A DNA stretch of 64,000 nt, taken from Podarcis melisellensis (taxonomy: Eukaryota). The stretch is from assembly GCA_964234715.1 (NCBI GenBank), contig OZ174275.1; one strand, 5' to 3'. A model generated the notes under the pieces. That model saw only the letters and a list, made by a program, of their open reading frames with translations, did not search any database and was not told the DNA's origin. A program made the position numbers and the translations under genes. Shown here one piece after another: positions 1-11,405 of this stretch (positions within the stretch are counted from its first letter, which is position 1; each line of letters begins with the position of its first letter).

Positions 1-181
1 AGGTAAATGGTATTTCCATGCGCTGCTTGGGTTTGCCAGAAGCGACTTAGTCATGCTGGCCACATGACCCGGAAGCTTTATGCGGGCTCCCTCGGCCAAT
101 AAAATGAAATGAGTGCTGCAACTCCAGAGTCAGCCATGACTGGACCTAATGGTCAGGGGTCCCTTTATTTTTACCTTTACG
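1..181 (+). mobile_element. Sauria SINE, 3' part (cut by window edge)
   Basis: Core CCAGAAGCGACTTAGTCATGCTGGCCACATGACCCGGAAG...TAATGGTCAGGGGTCCCTTTA with an ACCTTT-type tail; similar to six other copies in the window. Confidence 0.9.
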
Positions 182-2098
182 TTTACTCAAAGGTAACATA
201 TATTGGTATGTCTACATGGCATTGTTCATCAATGCCATGTTTAAAAATGCACAGACGTGTAAAGCACAGCACCTTGGCCAGATCCAAAATGCAGCTTTCA
301 GCAAAATCCAGTGTTTCAAACTCATCTCATGTTCCTGAGCACTCTTCAACAGCTGCAATGTTTTAAACCAGAGATGGCGACATTTCAGTGGTGGGTGGAG
401 TGAGCCTGCATATTAAGCCCTTTGCATCTTTCAAGATGAATGTCAGTGTTTAAATATAAGATTATGACAGAAAGCGAAAAGAAAAAAAATTCTTTGCAAA
501 TGTAGTAATGTCTATTTCTAAGTCTGTATATATGCAATTATGGAACTAATCTCCTGCTCAAAAAATACCACCAGATGGTAATTTATAGAAAAATTGTGCT
601 ATTTTTTTCCATTTCTCCTCAACACATTATGAAGGAAAATAGTATTATGTGAATCCAGCAGATACAAGACAAATCTGCAAGTATAACATTCTTCTCTTCC
701 AGCGAACATCCTGTGAATTCATAAATATTTACGTTTGGCAAGTTATAATTATGTTGCACGAAGGGGGGAGGGAGAAAAAAGCAGGGTGTATACACAGAAG
801 TGTACAAAAAGAACATTCATAAATTGCAAATGAGCATTGTTCTGAAAAGCATACCTACTGTGTTCTATGTAGCCTTATGCCAAACTGTAGGACAGTTCTT
901 TTCACTTATCACAAATTTGGTTAAAAATGTATATGTTAATTTGACAAAGGCACAAAAAGACTACTATCGATTGCTTATTACAGATGCTGTTATTAGTCTT
1001 AAATTATTATGTATAAACTCAGTGTTTTATGTATTTGCTATGCACAGAAAGGCGCTTGTACCGCTACGAGGATAATCCTCTTTAAGAAACTGACAAACAC
1101 AATTACAAAAGTACTGCAAAATGTGTATTTTCAGTACAGACAATTACTTTAAACACTACAGTTAAATATATTTCAACAGCTTCCTTCTACTATTTGGTCT
1201 GGTGTATCAATTTGTATTTTCATGGGCTGGTTTTTGTATTAATAAATGTCAATAGAAGGAATCTTAACTCTAGAGCTAAAACTACGAAGAGAGCAATTAC
1301 TATATTAAATTTGTCGAATGTTGTATCTGAAGAATTTCAGCCACTGAGGTTCCATTTTATTTTTTTTAAAAAAGGAAAGCACTCTTCTGCACCTGTATAG
1401 ATGCTTTATGAAGTGGAAGTTGCAAAGGATATTATTCTGCAGTACTGTATCATTTAGGAACAGAAGAAGCAACTTGAGTCTGAATCAAACCATTGGTTCA
1501 TCTCACTTACACTTATCTGCAGCAAATGGCAGCTCTATACAGAATTTCAGGTAGAGATCTTCCCAGTGCTACCGCCCCTCCCAAATGCCAGAGATTAATT
1601 AGTGTATTAAGTAATTAAAATACAATACCCAATATTGTATATTCGAAATACAACATTCCTATTCCAAATGCTTTTACATTTTCAAATTATGACTCCTTGT
1701 TATATCGTGTTTGCCCCTCCTGTGGACAACAAACGTGAGGAAGCTTGTTTTGTCCTACAGTTTTATGATATGCCAAGATCACTAGATAGGGAAAAAAAGA
1801 ATGCTATACATTTATTTCCAGTTCCATTTCGCCTGCTTTTAACACCCCAAATTCTCCTTAGAGGCAATCTCTCTCTATGTGGGTTTTGAAAGCAGTTTGC
1901 TACACAGGTATGCTTATACAGCGCTACATATAGAAACATCTTAAATATTCTAATCTCCGCTGTTGACAGCACTTGTGCAGAAATGACCTACAATCATCTG
2001 ATCAACTTTCAGAATTACTTACTAGGTATAATCAAATATATTCTCATCTCTTATTTGAACAAATCATAGAGAAATTGAATACATTTTTTATGAACACT

Positions 2099-2278
2099 NN
2101 NNNNNNNNNNNNNNNNNNNNNNNNNNNNNNNNNNNNNNNNNNNNNNNNNNNNNNNNNNNNNNNNNNNNNNNNNNNNNNNNNNNNNNNNNNNNNNNNNNNN
2201 NNNNNNNNNNNNNNNNNNNNNNNNNNNNNNNNNNNNNNNNNNNNNNNNNNNNNNNNNNNNNNNNNNNNNNNNNNNNNN
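2099..2278. other. N gap (180 nt)
   Basis: Run of N. Confidence 1.
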
Positions 2279-2877
2279 GGGGAAAAAATCTATGCTGGTG
2301 TGTGTGTGTGTGTGTAAGAAAGCCACCTTCCAAAATATGAAGTACACTCAAATTTTATTTTGGGAAATAAATAAATGCTTTCATGGAAATGTTAATCATG
2401 TCAGCCTTAGCAATTTGTAACAGCTTTTAACTTGTGTCCTGTGGCCAAAGAAACCCATACACTCATGAAAACCAGTTCCTAATGTGTGTGGCAGTGGTGG
2501 GGGCTGCAGCTGCTGGGCTGCAGCTGCTGCAGGTCTGGCCTTCCATTAGGCAGTGACAATTGTCTCAGGTGCCGGAGAAATGCCTCCACCAGCAGACTAG
2601 CTGTGGTGTGTGGCTCTCCTGTGTACTTGCCCCACCCACTTGCCTCATTCTGGGGGAAATGGTTCTTCCTCAGAGTGAGGCATTGTGCTTTAGGTGGCCT
2701 AAGAAGATGCTTGCCTTACCACTACATCTCCCCTGTGGCTAGCAGCAGCAGCAGCAACAACAACAACAAGCACTCACACTTTACATTGTGGGTGCCCTTT
2801 GCAAGATTGTGCATGGTGCTACAGTTTCCACAGAACTTACTGGCAATCAGGGACTGGTCTGCCTCTCAGTGTTAATT

Positions 2878-3614
2878 TTTGGAGGTTCACGCCCAACTTC
2901 AGTAGTCAAGTTTCATTGCTGGGAGGTGGGGCCAGTCCCATATATATAAGGCGGTGGAGCTGACAGTATCCAGGCGGTCAGCTTAGGAGATTCACCCTCC
3001 TTACGCTCCCTTAGTTTAATGTTTTCTTGTTTGCAGGATAACTTTTTCTTCCTTTTTAGCGGGAGCAGCTACGGTCTATGACTGGTTGCTGTTGAAGGAC
3101 CGGGAATAAATTTTTCCTGCATTGGCAGGTTTTGTCTTCCATAGCAATTCGTCACAACTTTAGTGGTTTATGGCCTTGGGTGGAATCCTTTAGTCTTTTC
3201 TTCCCTATAATGGGGGGTGGGGGTGACTCACCCCCCTGTGATGGCGATTCCAGGGTCTCCTCTTAAAAGGGGTTATATAATGGGTGTCACTGGCCATACA
3301 CTGAAAGGTTGTCAGTGAACTACCCTGCGTGTGGGGATATGGGCTTGGCTGCCTGCTACACTTATGTCTCGCAGAGCACCCCCATATCCCATTTACCCTG
3401 ATGAGCCCCAGTTCCCCCCAGCTGGGGGGCTGGGAGGGATACATGCCCAAGGCCTAAGCTAAGGTCTTCCTATATTCGGAAGTTTAATAAAGTTGTGGCC
3501 TAATTTTAATTCCATATAACCTTGTCAGAGTCTTTATTCTTTCCTTATGATCCCTGGGGGCTAGGGCTGTCACTGCCTGGTCACGCAACAACAACAGCAA
3601 CAACAGCAACAACA
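2878..3614 (+). mobile_element. Unclassified ORF-less, highly self-complementary element (LTR-like or DIRS/Ngaro-like terminal repeat, or non-autonomous retroelement) with CAA/CAG tail
   Basis: GC-richer block flanked by GTTAATT direct repeats (2871-2877 / 3615-3621); TATATATAA near 2941-2949; AATAAA 3486-3491; ends GGTCACG followed by (CAA/CAG)n; several nested inverted repeats. Confidence 0.55.
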
Positions 3615-6600
3615 GTTAATTGAACAAAACTAAAAAGCTCAAAGTAACTTCAAACTTTTAACTAAATTTAAAAGAGAATGTCCAGCTACTGTGGAAGAAC
3701 AGTCCAAAAGCTCTTTTTAACCACTTTTCCCAGAATGCCTTGCTCTGAGAAACGACCCCCCCTTCCTCACAGCACAAAGAGGGGTGGATAAAGTGTCACC
3801 ACCACATTAGTAGTGACAAAACATATTAAAAGTAATTAGGGAAAAGGAGGGGCAGCAAGAAGGAGGAGGGGACAGCAGTAGCCAAGCTGCTAGCCTTGAG
3901 CCTCTCGCGCTGTGGCAATTGTTTCTCATGACCCAGCCCCTAGTGTCATGATTAAACTACATTTGTACTTTAAAACATGAATTTAGTAAGTTGGGAACCT
4001 AACAAGCTGACACACTAGGACCAACCTGGATATTTGGCATCCTAGTATGTTACAGTTTATTAGAGGTATATATGCTTATGATATAACCATACATCATGAT
4101 TTTAAAAACCTCTTTATTCTATACTATCCTTTTATTTTTAAAGATTAAGTAAGCTGTATTTCTAACCCAAGTGGATTAAGAAACCCTTATTCAGCCTTGA
4201 AACCACATCAAGATGGCCAGGGCAGAACAGCTACATTTGTGTGTGTGAATGGGCTTTGCTTACAGTGGGCTAAGAAGGTGTGGCCTTGCAAATGACCACA
4301 CAGGCAATCTGGACTTTTGCTACTTTACTATGTTACAAACTTTGGACCTACCCAAAGAGAGCATGTTCCCATGCATGTGGAAAGGACAATATTGAGAGAA
4401 AGGTCGATTTTGGTTATGCTACTTTTGCAATCTAGTGGCGTTCTAGATCCTGTTCAATAGGACAGTGCTTCATCCTATGTATATACAAAGGGCGTTTTTA
4501 TATCAGTGCAAATTGGGGAAAGCCAATTTGGGCAGAGAAGGTCTAGTGGAACTGAGAAGACCAATTGGGAAAAGAATTACGATTCACAAAAAGGATACAA
4601 TTCAGAGAAGTCTTAATTCAGGAAAAATCCAAGGAGACACATATCAGCAGCATTCATCTTTCCCCTGTTTCTCCTTGTTACAGGATCCTTAGCCCAGGTC
4701 CTTGGTATGTGTGTGAGAGAGTATATGCCATCCTTTCTATGAAAGGATTAGGGTTAGTGTGTTAAGCAGAGTTATTCCTTCAATCTATCCACCCATTCCT
4801 AGGGCTCTGCTCTTCAGGAGGAGGAGAAAAGTCCTGACTGTGTAATACCGATTTTTAAGAAACAAAGTTTGAACTTTACTTTTTGGTCTGATTGTTTATC
4901 CTGGTATCCATTTGCAAAGAAAGATCCATGTGCTGTGTGTTTGGGGCCCAATCAACCTTGGCATACACAGCAAGGCTGTCGTTTAAAGTTCACAATCCGG
5001 TTCCTCCCCAGTCTGGGTCAACAGCACTCAAGAAGCCTTTCAGGCAGCTTGAGGGGTTGGAGTGGGAAGCAGAGGGCAGGAACGCCATAGTGTGCACATG
5101 GAACATCTCATCCCAGTCCTTTCCTCTCTGTTTACAACAATCCAAAACATATTTTGTCTAAATTAACCAGCTGCAGTTTAGGTCTTCAGTGCTTACTGTG
5201 TGGCCTTGTTGTAACACGCTGACTCAAAGAACAACACACACATTTTCTCTAAGATGTGCCACCAGATGATTACTGCTATTTTGAAGAAGCTGTTTCAAGT
5301 TTCTGTGTTGGTTATTCTTTCCTTCCTTCTTTCTTTTATGTTGCAGCATATCAGTGGTTGGAATACAGTTTCTTAAAATAGGGCACTTCGCCACGGGAGA
5401 AAGTTCAGAATATTGTAACACCGCAATCTGTCTGAAAGTAGTTGGTACGGAATGGCATGGACAACACTAAGACAAATGGCAGGGAATTTGAACAGATTGT
5501 GGCAGTGTGGCAAAGTGTCTTGCAAGGTCTGGCAATGGATATCTACCACATGAGCATACCTGCCAACTGTCCCATTTTGAGTAGGACACCCAAGAATTGC
5601 AGGAGCCATTCTGGCTTCTAATTGAATCCCAGGATGTTCCGTTTGGGCTCCCGTGAGAGCAGGTTGACTGAATGGGGGACTGAATTTTTGAAGGTATGCC
5701 TGAAATTCAAAGTTTGGGAAGCTGAAGTTTAAAAGGATTGAGTGGCAAGCAGAGGTAAAATCCCAATGTTGATGTTCTGTTGTGCCACACTAAATTGTTA
5801 ACCGAAGTGCTATGGAAGTCCACACTGGACAGAAATGTGTGAATGGATGCAGAATTCAAATTGAGCCTGCATAATCCAATATTCTTAGATTGTGTCCACT
5901 CAATTGCTGCAGGGTGCCGATTAAACATTTTGGTGTATAATTTTGATTATAGATGCCTTTGGTATGTACACCTGAACATCCCTGTGCAAAGGTTGTAATC
6001 ACCATGTGTAGGTCAAAGATAGTGTTAGTAGATATGGAGTGAGCTGCAAGGGGAAATGAGAGATGGCAAAACTGCCTTTGGCAGAAGAAACTGAATGTTG
6101 TAAACCCTTCAAAACTCTTTGAAAATGGTTGTTCCCCTGACGTGTTTCCCGATTTCAAGTTTGTGTTTCGCCTCCCCTCTTCATTCAAGGCAAAAGTGCT
6201 ATGTGCAGAACTTTGGATTCATTCTTGGGATTTATCCTGAATCTGTCAATTTTGCTTTCTCCCAGTTTCTCATTTCCCCTAGTCTATATTGCCATAATTT
6301 CACAGCAGTTTGTGATTATTATTATCTTTTAAGTCTTCATGATCATCTCCTCTACATATTAGTCTGAATTTCTCCCAATATGCAAATCTTTGTACGCAAT
6401 TTTGCATAATATACACATTTTTGTAGAGCAGTTTTGCCCAATACAATGCTTTTTTGCATGTTGCTTTCACTAATATATGCAATTTTATGCACAGTTTACC
6501 ACAGAATGTGTATTTTTGTACGTGCAACTTAACTAGAGAATGTTACAGATAGGCAGCCGTGTTGGTCTGCCATAGTCAAAACAAAAAAAATTCCTTCCAG

Positions 6601-6641
6601 TAGCACCTTAAATGTATAATGAGATAAGAATCCAATGTATA

Positions 6642-6869
6642 ATAATGAGATAAGAATCCAATGTCTTTGTTCAGACCAGGTCTCTCCATGGTTTTAAGTT
6701 TGGTAATAAATTGCAATTCAGCAGCTTCTCTTTCCAGTCTATTTCTGAAATTCCTTTGTAGTAAAACAGCTACTTTGAGATCTTGTATAGAATGTCCTGG
6801 GAGATTGAAGTGTTCTCCTACTGGTTTCTCTGTCTTGTGATTCCTGATGTCAGATTTATGTCCGTTTAT
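6642..6869 (-). pseudogene. Penelope GIY-YIG endonuclease C-terminal fragment
   Basis: Manual minus-strand translation INGHKSDIRNHKTEKPVGEHFNLPGHSIQDLKVAVLLQRNFRNRLEREAAELQFITKLKTMERPGLNKDIGFLSHY; the H..H..HFN.PGH..E..E..I..GLN pattern is typical of vertebrate PLE endonucleases; not in the ORF track because it lacks a start codon. Confidence 0.88.
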
Positions 6870-7092
6870 TTAAGAATCCAAAGACATTGGATTCTTATCT
6901 CATTATACATGACAAAGCCATTTTTCACCTTCTCACCCCTTGCTTTTTCCTGTAAGACCTATTGCAGTCGTTAAGAGTCGTCAACAGGCTCATCACAGCT
7001 ATCTGCCAATCACCCATTCCCACCATCCTTCTGAGTAATACCCCTCCCCACCTTCTCACTATATAGAAGGGTCTGGAAACTTCTGTTTCAGT

Positions 7093-7130
7093 GTATCTGA
7101 AGAAGTGTGCGTGCACACGAAAGCTCATAC
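7093..7130 (+). ncRNA. Minimal type I hammerhead ribozyme in the Penelope pseudo-LTR
   Basis: GTAT-CTGAAGA-A-GTGTGC(GT)GCACAC-GAAA-GC-TC-ATAC: CUGANGA core, stem II, GAAA, palindromic AGCT stem III, UC cleavage site, GUAU/AUAC stem I. Confidence 0.8.
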
Positions 7131-7391
7131 CAAGAACTAACTTAGTTGGTCTTTAAGGTGCTACTGGAAGGAATTTTTTTTTGTTTTAACTAGAGAATGA
7201 CATTGTAAAATTCAAAGAAATGTGGATTTCAATTGATGACTGTGTTTCGGTTTGTGTACTGTTTCAGAAAGTGTGGATGAGGTAGGTTCACATTTAAATG
7301 CAAGCTAAATTGAATCTGTCCATCATCCATATCCTGAAGCCATCTGATACAGTGTGGGGAATTAAGAAAGATAGATCACAGTAGATCAGAG

Positions 7392-7455
7392 TCCTATGCA
7401 TTGCAGGGGCTTGGACTAGATGACCGCTTTGGGTACCTTTGAATGCTATGGTTCT
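7392..7455 (+). mobile_element. CR1 LINE 3' tail fragment
   Basis: GCATTGCAGGGGCTTGGACTAGATGACC...TATGGTTCT resembles the CR1 terminal stem-loop/ATTCT motif. Confidence 0.6.
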
Positions 7456-7896
7456 AAGGGGATCAAGCAAAGCCTCTGGGCTACACTGAATTTCCCCCTC
7501 CCATCCCCAGATACATCCAGTGGTCCTAGTGAACCATTTAAGTGATTCCAGCTTCTGTTATCCATTCTGGAGATTCAGTTGAGTAGAAATTTTATTCTTT
7601 AGGCAGAAGGATTTCACTCTGCCAAAATTCAATGAAATACAATGCAGGTGTGACTGAAGAATTCAGTCTTTGTAAATTCCATATGAACTTACCGGATTTC
7701 CTTCTCATCTGATTTTTAACTTCTCTCAATGCTGGGACACGGTTTAAAAAATGAATCAAAAATACGCTAAAATTCTGAGAAAACAAATGTGTTCAAAATA
7801 TGTGTTTAACTGCGTATTGAAATCTGATTTATTTATTTATCAGTGCAGATCATTTTAGGCAAGTTAGGGCCTAAAATGTGAGATAGAACTGATTTA

Positions 7897-8133
7897 TGTT
7901 AAGTTGTGGGTGAACATATCAGACGACACAGCAATTCTTCAAACAGCTCTTGTTTATTCACAGAACTGAACTGAAGGGTTCAGTCAGCCTGCTTATATAG
8001 AGCTCCAGTACAACGTTACTGTAACAACTTTCTATAACTATCCAATCACTGAACGTCACTTTCAATCCCTTATTTGCATAACTATCTACAGTATCCCCCT
8101 GCTGGCCCAGGGTGAGAACTTCAGTACATAACA
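7897..8133 (-). mobile_element. Solo LTR (237 bp; Gypsy/BEL-like) with 5-bp TSD
   Basis: Termini TGTTA...TAACA; TSD ATTTA at 7892-7896 and 8134-8138; on the minus strand, octamer ATGCAAAT, then TATATAA, then AATAAA in the expected order. Confidence 0.85.
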
Positions 8134-9133
8134 ATTTATGAATGAACACGGGCAAAAGTAATGCAGATACCACATAGATTTCTTTGCCCATCCCTAGGAG
8201 AATCCATCTATGGCATCACAAAGTGAGTCAGAGGAACAGGCTGTCCTTAGGGGACAATGGGAAGGAAATGAAATGCGGAGGTGATGTAGCAGGAACAAGA
8301 AACAGCTCTTTGAATGCTGCAGACCTGCAAACCAGGTTCTCCATTCTAGAAGGTGGTCCCTAGGATCTTAATCTGACCACACCAATTGTACAAAAGACAA
8401 AAGCTTTCTGCTGACCAGAAGTCCGCACCCTAGATTAATAATAAAGCTAGCTGTCATGCCAAGAACAAGGTCCTTGTAATGTTTCTACAATGTTGGAAAG
8501 TATAGTAAATCATCTGAATCTGTTTACAGGAACAGAATTATATCTTTGTTAATAGAGTGATCGGTGTTCCATCCTTATTAAGATGTTTTCTGGCACAACA
8601 CTACTGTATGCGATCACCCTTCCTGAGTTCTTTAAAAACTTTGCAAATACGCCAACATACAAGCACCCATTAATGTGCCCATTGTCCAGTCTAAACAGAA
8701 CACCATGCAACCCATCACAGCTTCTCTAGGAGCCAGTTCTATATGTTATAGCTGCCATGCATCACCACATGCAGCAGTTGCACAATGTAGAGCAGCCTGC
8801 TGTGTAAATCAAACACAACTTGTGGAAATCTTCCATGTCACCCCTAGGCTTGAATGCCATGGTGATGTTTCTGAATGTGAATATATTTGAAAAAAATAGT
8901 ATTTACCTGTTGTGTAACTATCTTAGGTAGGATCCATATGAATAGTAAGTATGAATTAAAATGAATAAATTCTTGGAATTTATGATGAAGTGAACCATGG
9001 AAGGGCTACGATGCATTTGCTGCAAGAGACAAAAAAGGACAAATCCTTAACCTTTGATGGGGGGAATATGATCAGAATGTTATTAACAGGGATTGCAGGC
9101 GCTGGATGGGATCCATGGCAGACAAGCATTTCA

Positions 9134-9619
9134 TATCAGGCTTGAGGAATCTTCTCCCGCCCCCTGTTGGCACCAAGAGGCAGGGACGAAACAAGAAAGT
9201 TATTACGTGTGATTTATTCAGTCATCACAGTAAAAGTCAAAGACTTCCGGTCATTCCTCCATTATGGAGTTGCTCACAGTGAACTCCTCCCCCTTCCCTC
9301 TCTAGCAACAACACCTGCTTCTACGATGTCTGTCAGTGAACAATTGTCTCTGTGCTCTTTGTTCTAGCGAACACCGCGTTTTGGGAGAAGGGGGGTTGGG
9401 TACGCTGTCCAGTGACATGTCAGCTAGCTGTTCTGTCTCCCCTCCTCCTCCGCCTCCTCCTCCTAACACAGCTTAACTCTGCTGTTCACCTGCCTCTGAG
9501 CTGCTATCTTCCTCAAAGCCCTGCTGTAATTCGAGACTGCCTTCTTCTTCCCTGGAAGCTACAGGAAAAGGGGAGTGGGCCTTCACCATTCCTCCTCCTC
9601 TTCAATACAATCCCTGACA
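9134..9619 (-). mobile_element. Solo LTR (486 bp; Gypsy-like) with 5-bp TSD
   Basis: Termini T(A)TCAGG...CCTGACA (one substitution from TGTCAGG); TSD TTTCA at 9129-9133 and 9620-9624; minus-strand AATAAA at 9213-9218; purine-rich U3-like region on the minus strand. Confidence 0.8.
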
Positions 9620-10669
9620 TTTCAGGACCAACATCAGTTACCACACTATATATATTTCTTGTAGGAATCCACTGGTTCTTGTTCAGTATGCTGTTGAGCA
9701 CAACAGCCCATCGTTCTAGGGTGCATCCAACAATGTCAGGTTTGCGATGACAAAGCAGTTGATCCCAACAATTAGAGGTGTTGGGTAAATACTGCTGAGA
9801 TGACTTGATGGGGAGAAATTTGTGAAATTGTCCTAGCTTGAATTCTCAAAACTTAAAGCAAAACAGCTAGTTAACCTAACAAGAGATACTCTTGAATTAG
9901 TGGGCTTCAGAAACAATGTGTAGAAGAAGAATTGCATTTAGTAAGGTGAAATTTAACAGCATGGCCTTAAGATTATGTAACTGATCGTTTAATACAGAAA
10001 TGGGAAAAGATTCAACATTTTGAAAATAGGGTTTTTTAAAAAATCAATTCTAAATTTTGAAGCACTGTGAAATTTAATTTCAGTGGATCCTTCTTTTGGA
10101 GCATCAGACCATGGGACTGGGGCCCATGATTTGAGCATGCAGGAAAGGAGAAGTCACAATGGGGCCCCAAGTAAAAGAAAGTTTGGGAAAGCCATAATCC
10201 TGGTGATTGTGGAAATAAAGCACTTTCTGAATTGTTAGCAGAATTATGGGATGCAAAGAGAAAGTTAGGAAATAGGAGAGAAAGGTAGACAATGATGAGA
10301 TAGCAGTCGCTACAAGACCATTGGTGTCAATCCTTGGTACTCAACAGTAATGAGAAATGGCATTGACGAGAAATGGCAACACATTATGATAAGGGCGCAT
10401 CCATACACTGCAGGAATTCAGTCAGGTACCTCTTCCCCTGAGACAACCTCATCCTCAGCTCAATAATCTCATGCTCTACATGTGTTCATCCCCTGTGAGT
10501 TTGGAGCACAGCAGAGACTAATTGAGGCTGAAATAGAGGCTGCCAGTGTTGTACTGGGTGCCCATTTTCCCACAGAAGAATTCTTGGAACCTGCAGGGTC
10601 TCCCACCCACCTGCTGAAATTAGTCTTGAAAGACATATTCTGTTGTAGCCAATATAATAGTTTGGGGTG

Positions 10670-10784
10670 TATGCCCTGTTTAGGGAAGTTTTTAATGTTT
10701 GATGTTTTATTGTGTTTTTAATATCCTGTTGTAAGCTGCCCAGAGTGGCTGGGGAGGCCTGATCAGATGGGCGGGGTATAAGTA

Positions 10785-10842
<58 letters not shown>

Positions 10843-10843
10843 T
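10670..10843 (+). mobile_element. L2 LINE 3' end with (TAT)n tail
   Basis: TGTAAGCTGCCCAGAGTGGCTGGGG...AGATGGGCGGGGTATAAGTAA followed by about 18 TAT units. Confidence 0.7.
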
Positions 10844-11145
10844 ATGTGGGTGCCCATAATAGTTTCTTAAGTTTACTAACGTGTCCATGGGTCCAAAAAG
10901 GCTGGCGACCCCTGGTCTGAAATGGCCACCACACTCTGAGATTATGCACAGGCCATATTGAGTTCCTAATACCTATGATTAGGAACTTATGTGTGGACTG
11001 AACTGCTCTACTTGTCCTGGATAAAGAAGCATTTGGGCAAATTTATGTTCACTTACTGTAAAACCTACATTGAGTCATGCTGATCGGCTACATTCTGAAC
11101 AGATGTCCATGAAGAGACATAGCCCATGGAATCTGTGTTCCATTT

Positions 11146-11405
11146 GACACCAGTGTCGTGTAGTGGTTAAGAGCGGTGGACTCATAATCTGGTGAACTGG
11201 GTTCACTTCCCCGCTCCTCCACATGCAGCTGCTGGGTGACCTTGGGTTAGTCACACTTCTCTGAAGTCTCTCAGCCTCACTCACCTCACAGAGTGTTTGC
11301 TGTGGGGGAAAGGAAGGGAAAGGAGATTGTTAGCCGCTTTGAGACTCCTTAGGGTAGTGATAAAGCGGGATATCAAATTCAAACTCCTCCTCCTCTTCTT
11401 CTTCT
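11146..11405 (+). mobile_element. tRNA-derived SINE with L2-like tail (Squam3-like), near full length
   Basis: Pol III A box (GTGTAGTGG) and B box (GGGTTCACTTCC); core TGGGTGACCTTGGG; tail TTAGCCGCTTTGAGACTCCTT...AAAGCGGGATATC plus (CTC/CTT)n. Confidence 0.85.

Larger units (their letters stand above)
6543..7185. mobile_element. Penelope-like retroelement (PLE) fragment, rearranged/inverted, with 14-bp TSD
   Basis: Direct repeat TTAACTAGAGAATG at 6529-6542 and 7186-7199; inverted copies of the 3' end (AATTCCTTCCAGTAGCACCTTAA vs TTAAGGTGCTACTGGAAGGAATT); GIY-YIG coding remnant; hammerhead in the pseudo-LTR. Confidence 0.9.
6215..7330. mobile_element. Old AT-rich non-autonomous DNA-transposon-like repeat interrupted by the Penelope insertion
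   Basis: Degenerate ATATGCAATTTT/TTTTGCA subrepeats on both sides of the Penelope; related sequence in opposite orientation at ~24600-24895; boundaries approximate. Confidence 0.45.

Noticed and set aside
3241-3327. Crossing pairs ATGGC/GCCAT and CAGGGT/ACCCTG suggesting an HDV-like pseudoknot
   Set aside because: The P3/L3 region is too long, and the P1.1 GG and catalytic J4/2 pattern are absent
3398-3445. CTGATGA followed by a hairpin, a possible second hammerhead
   Set aside because: No GAAA follows the stem and no stem I/III can be formed
9165-9770. Alternative LTR boundaries TGTTGG...CCAACA
   Set aside because: No TSD; the 9134-9619 boundaries give a perfect 5-bp TSD
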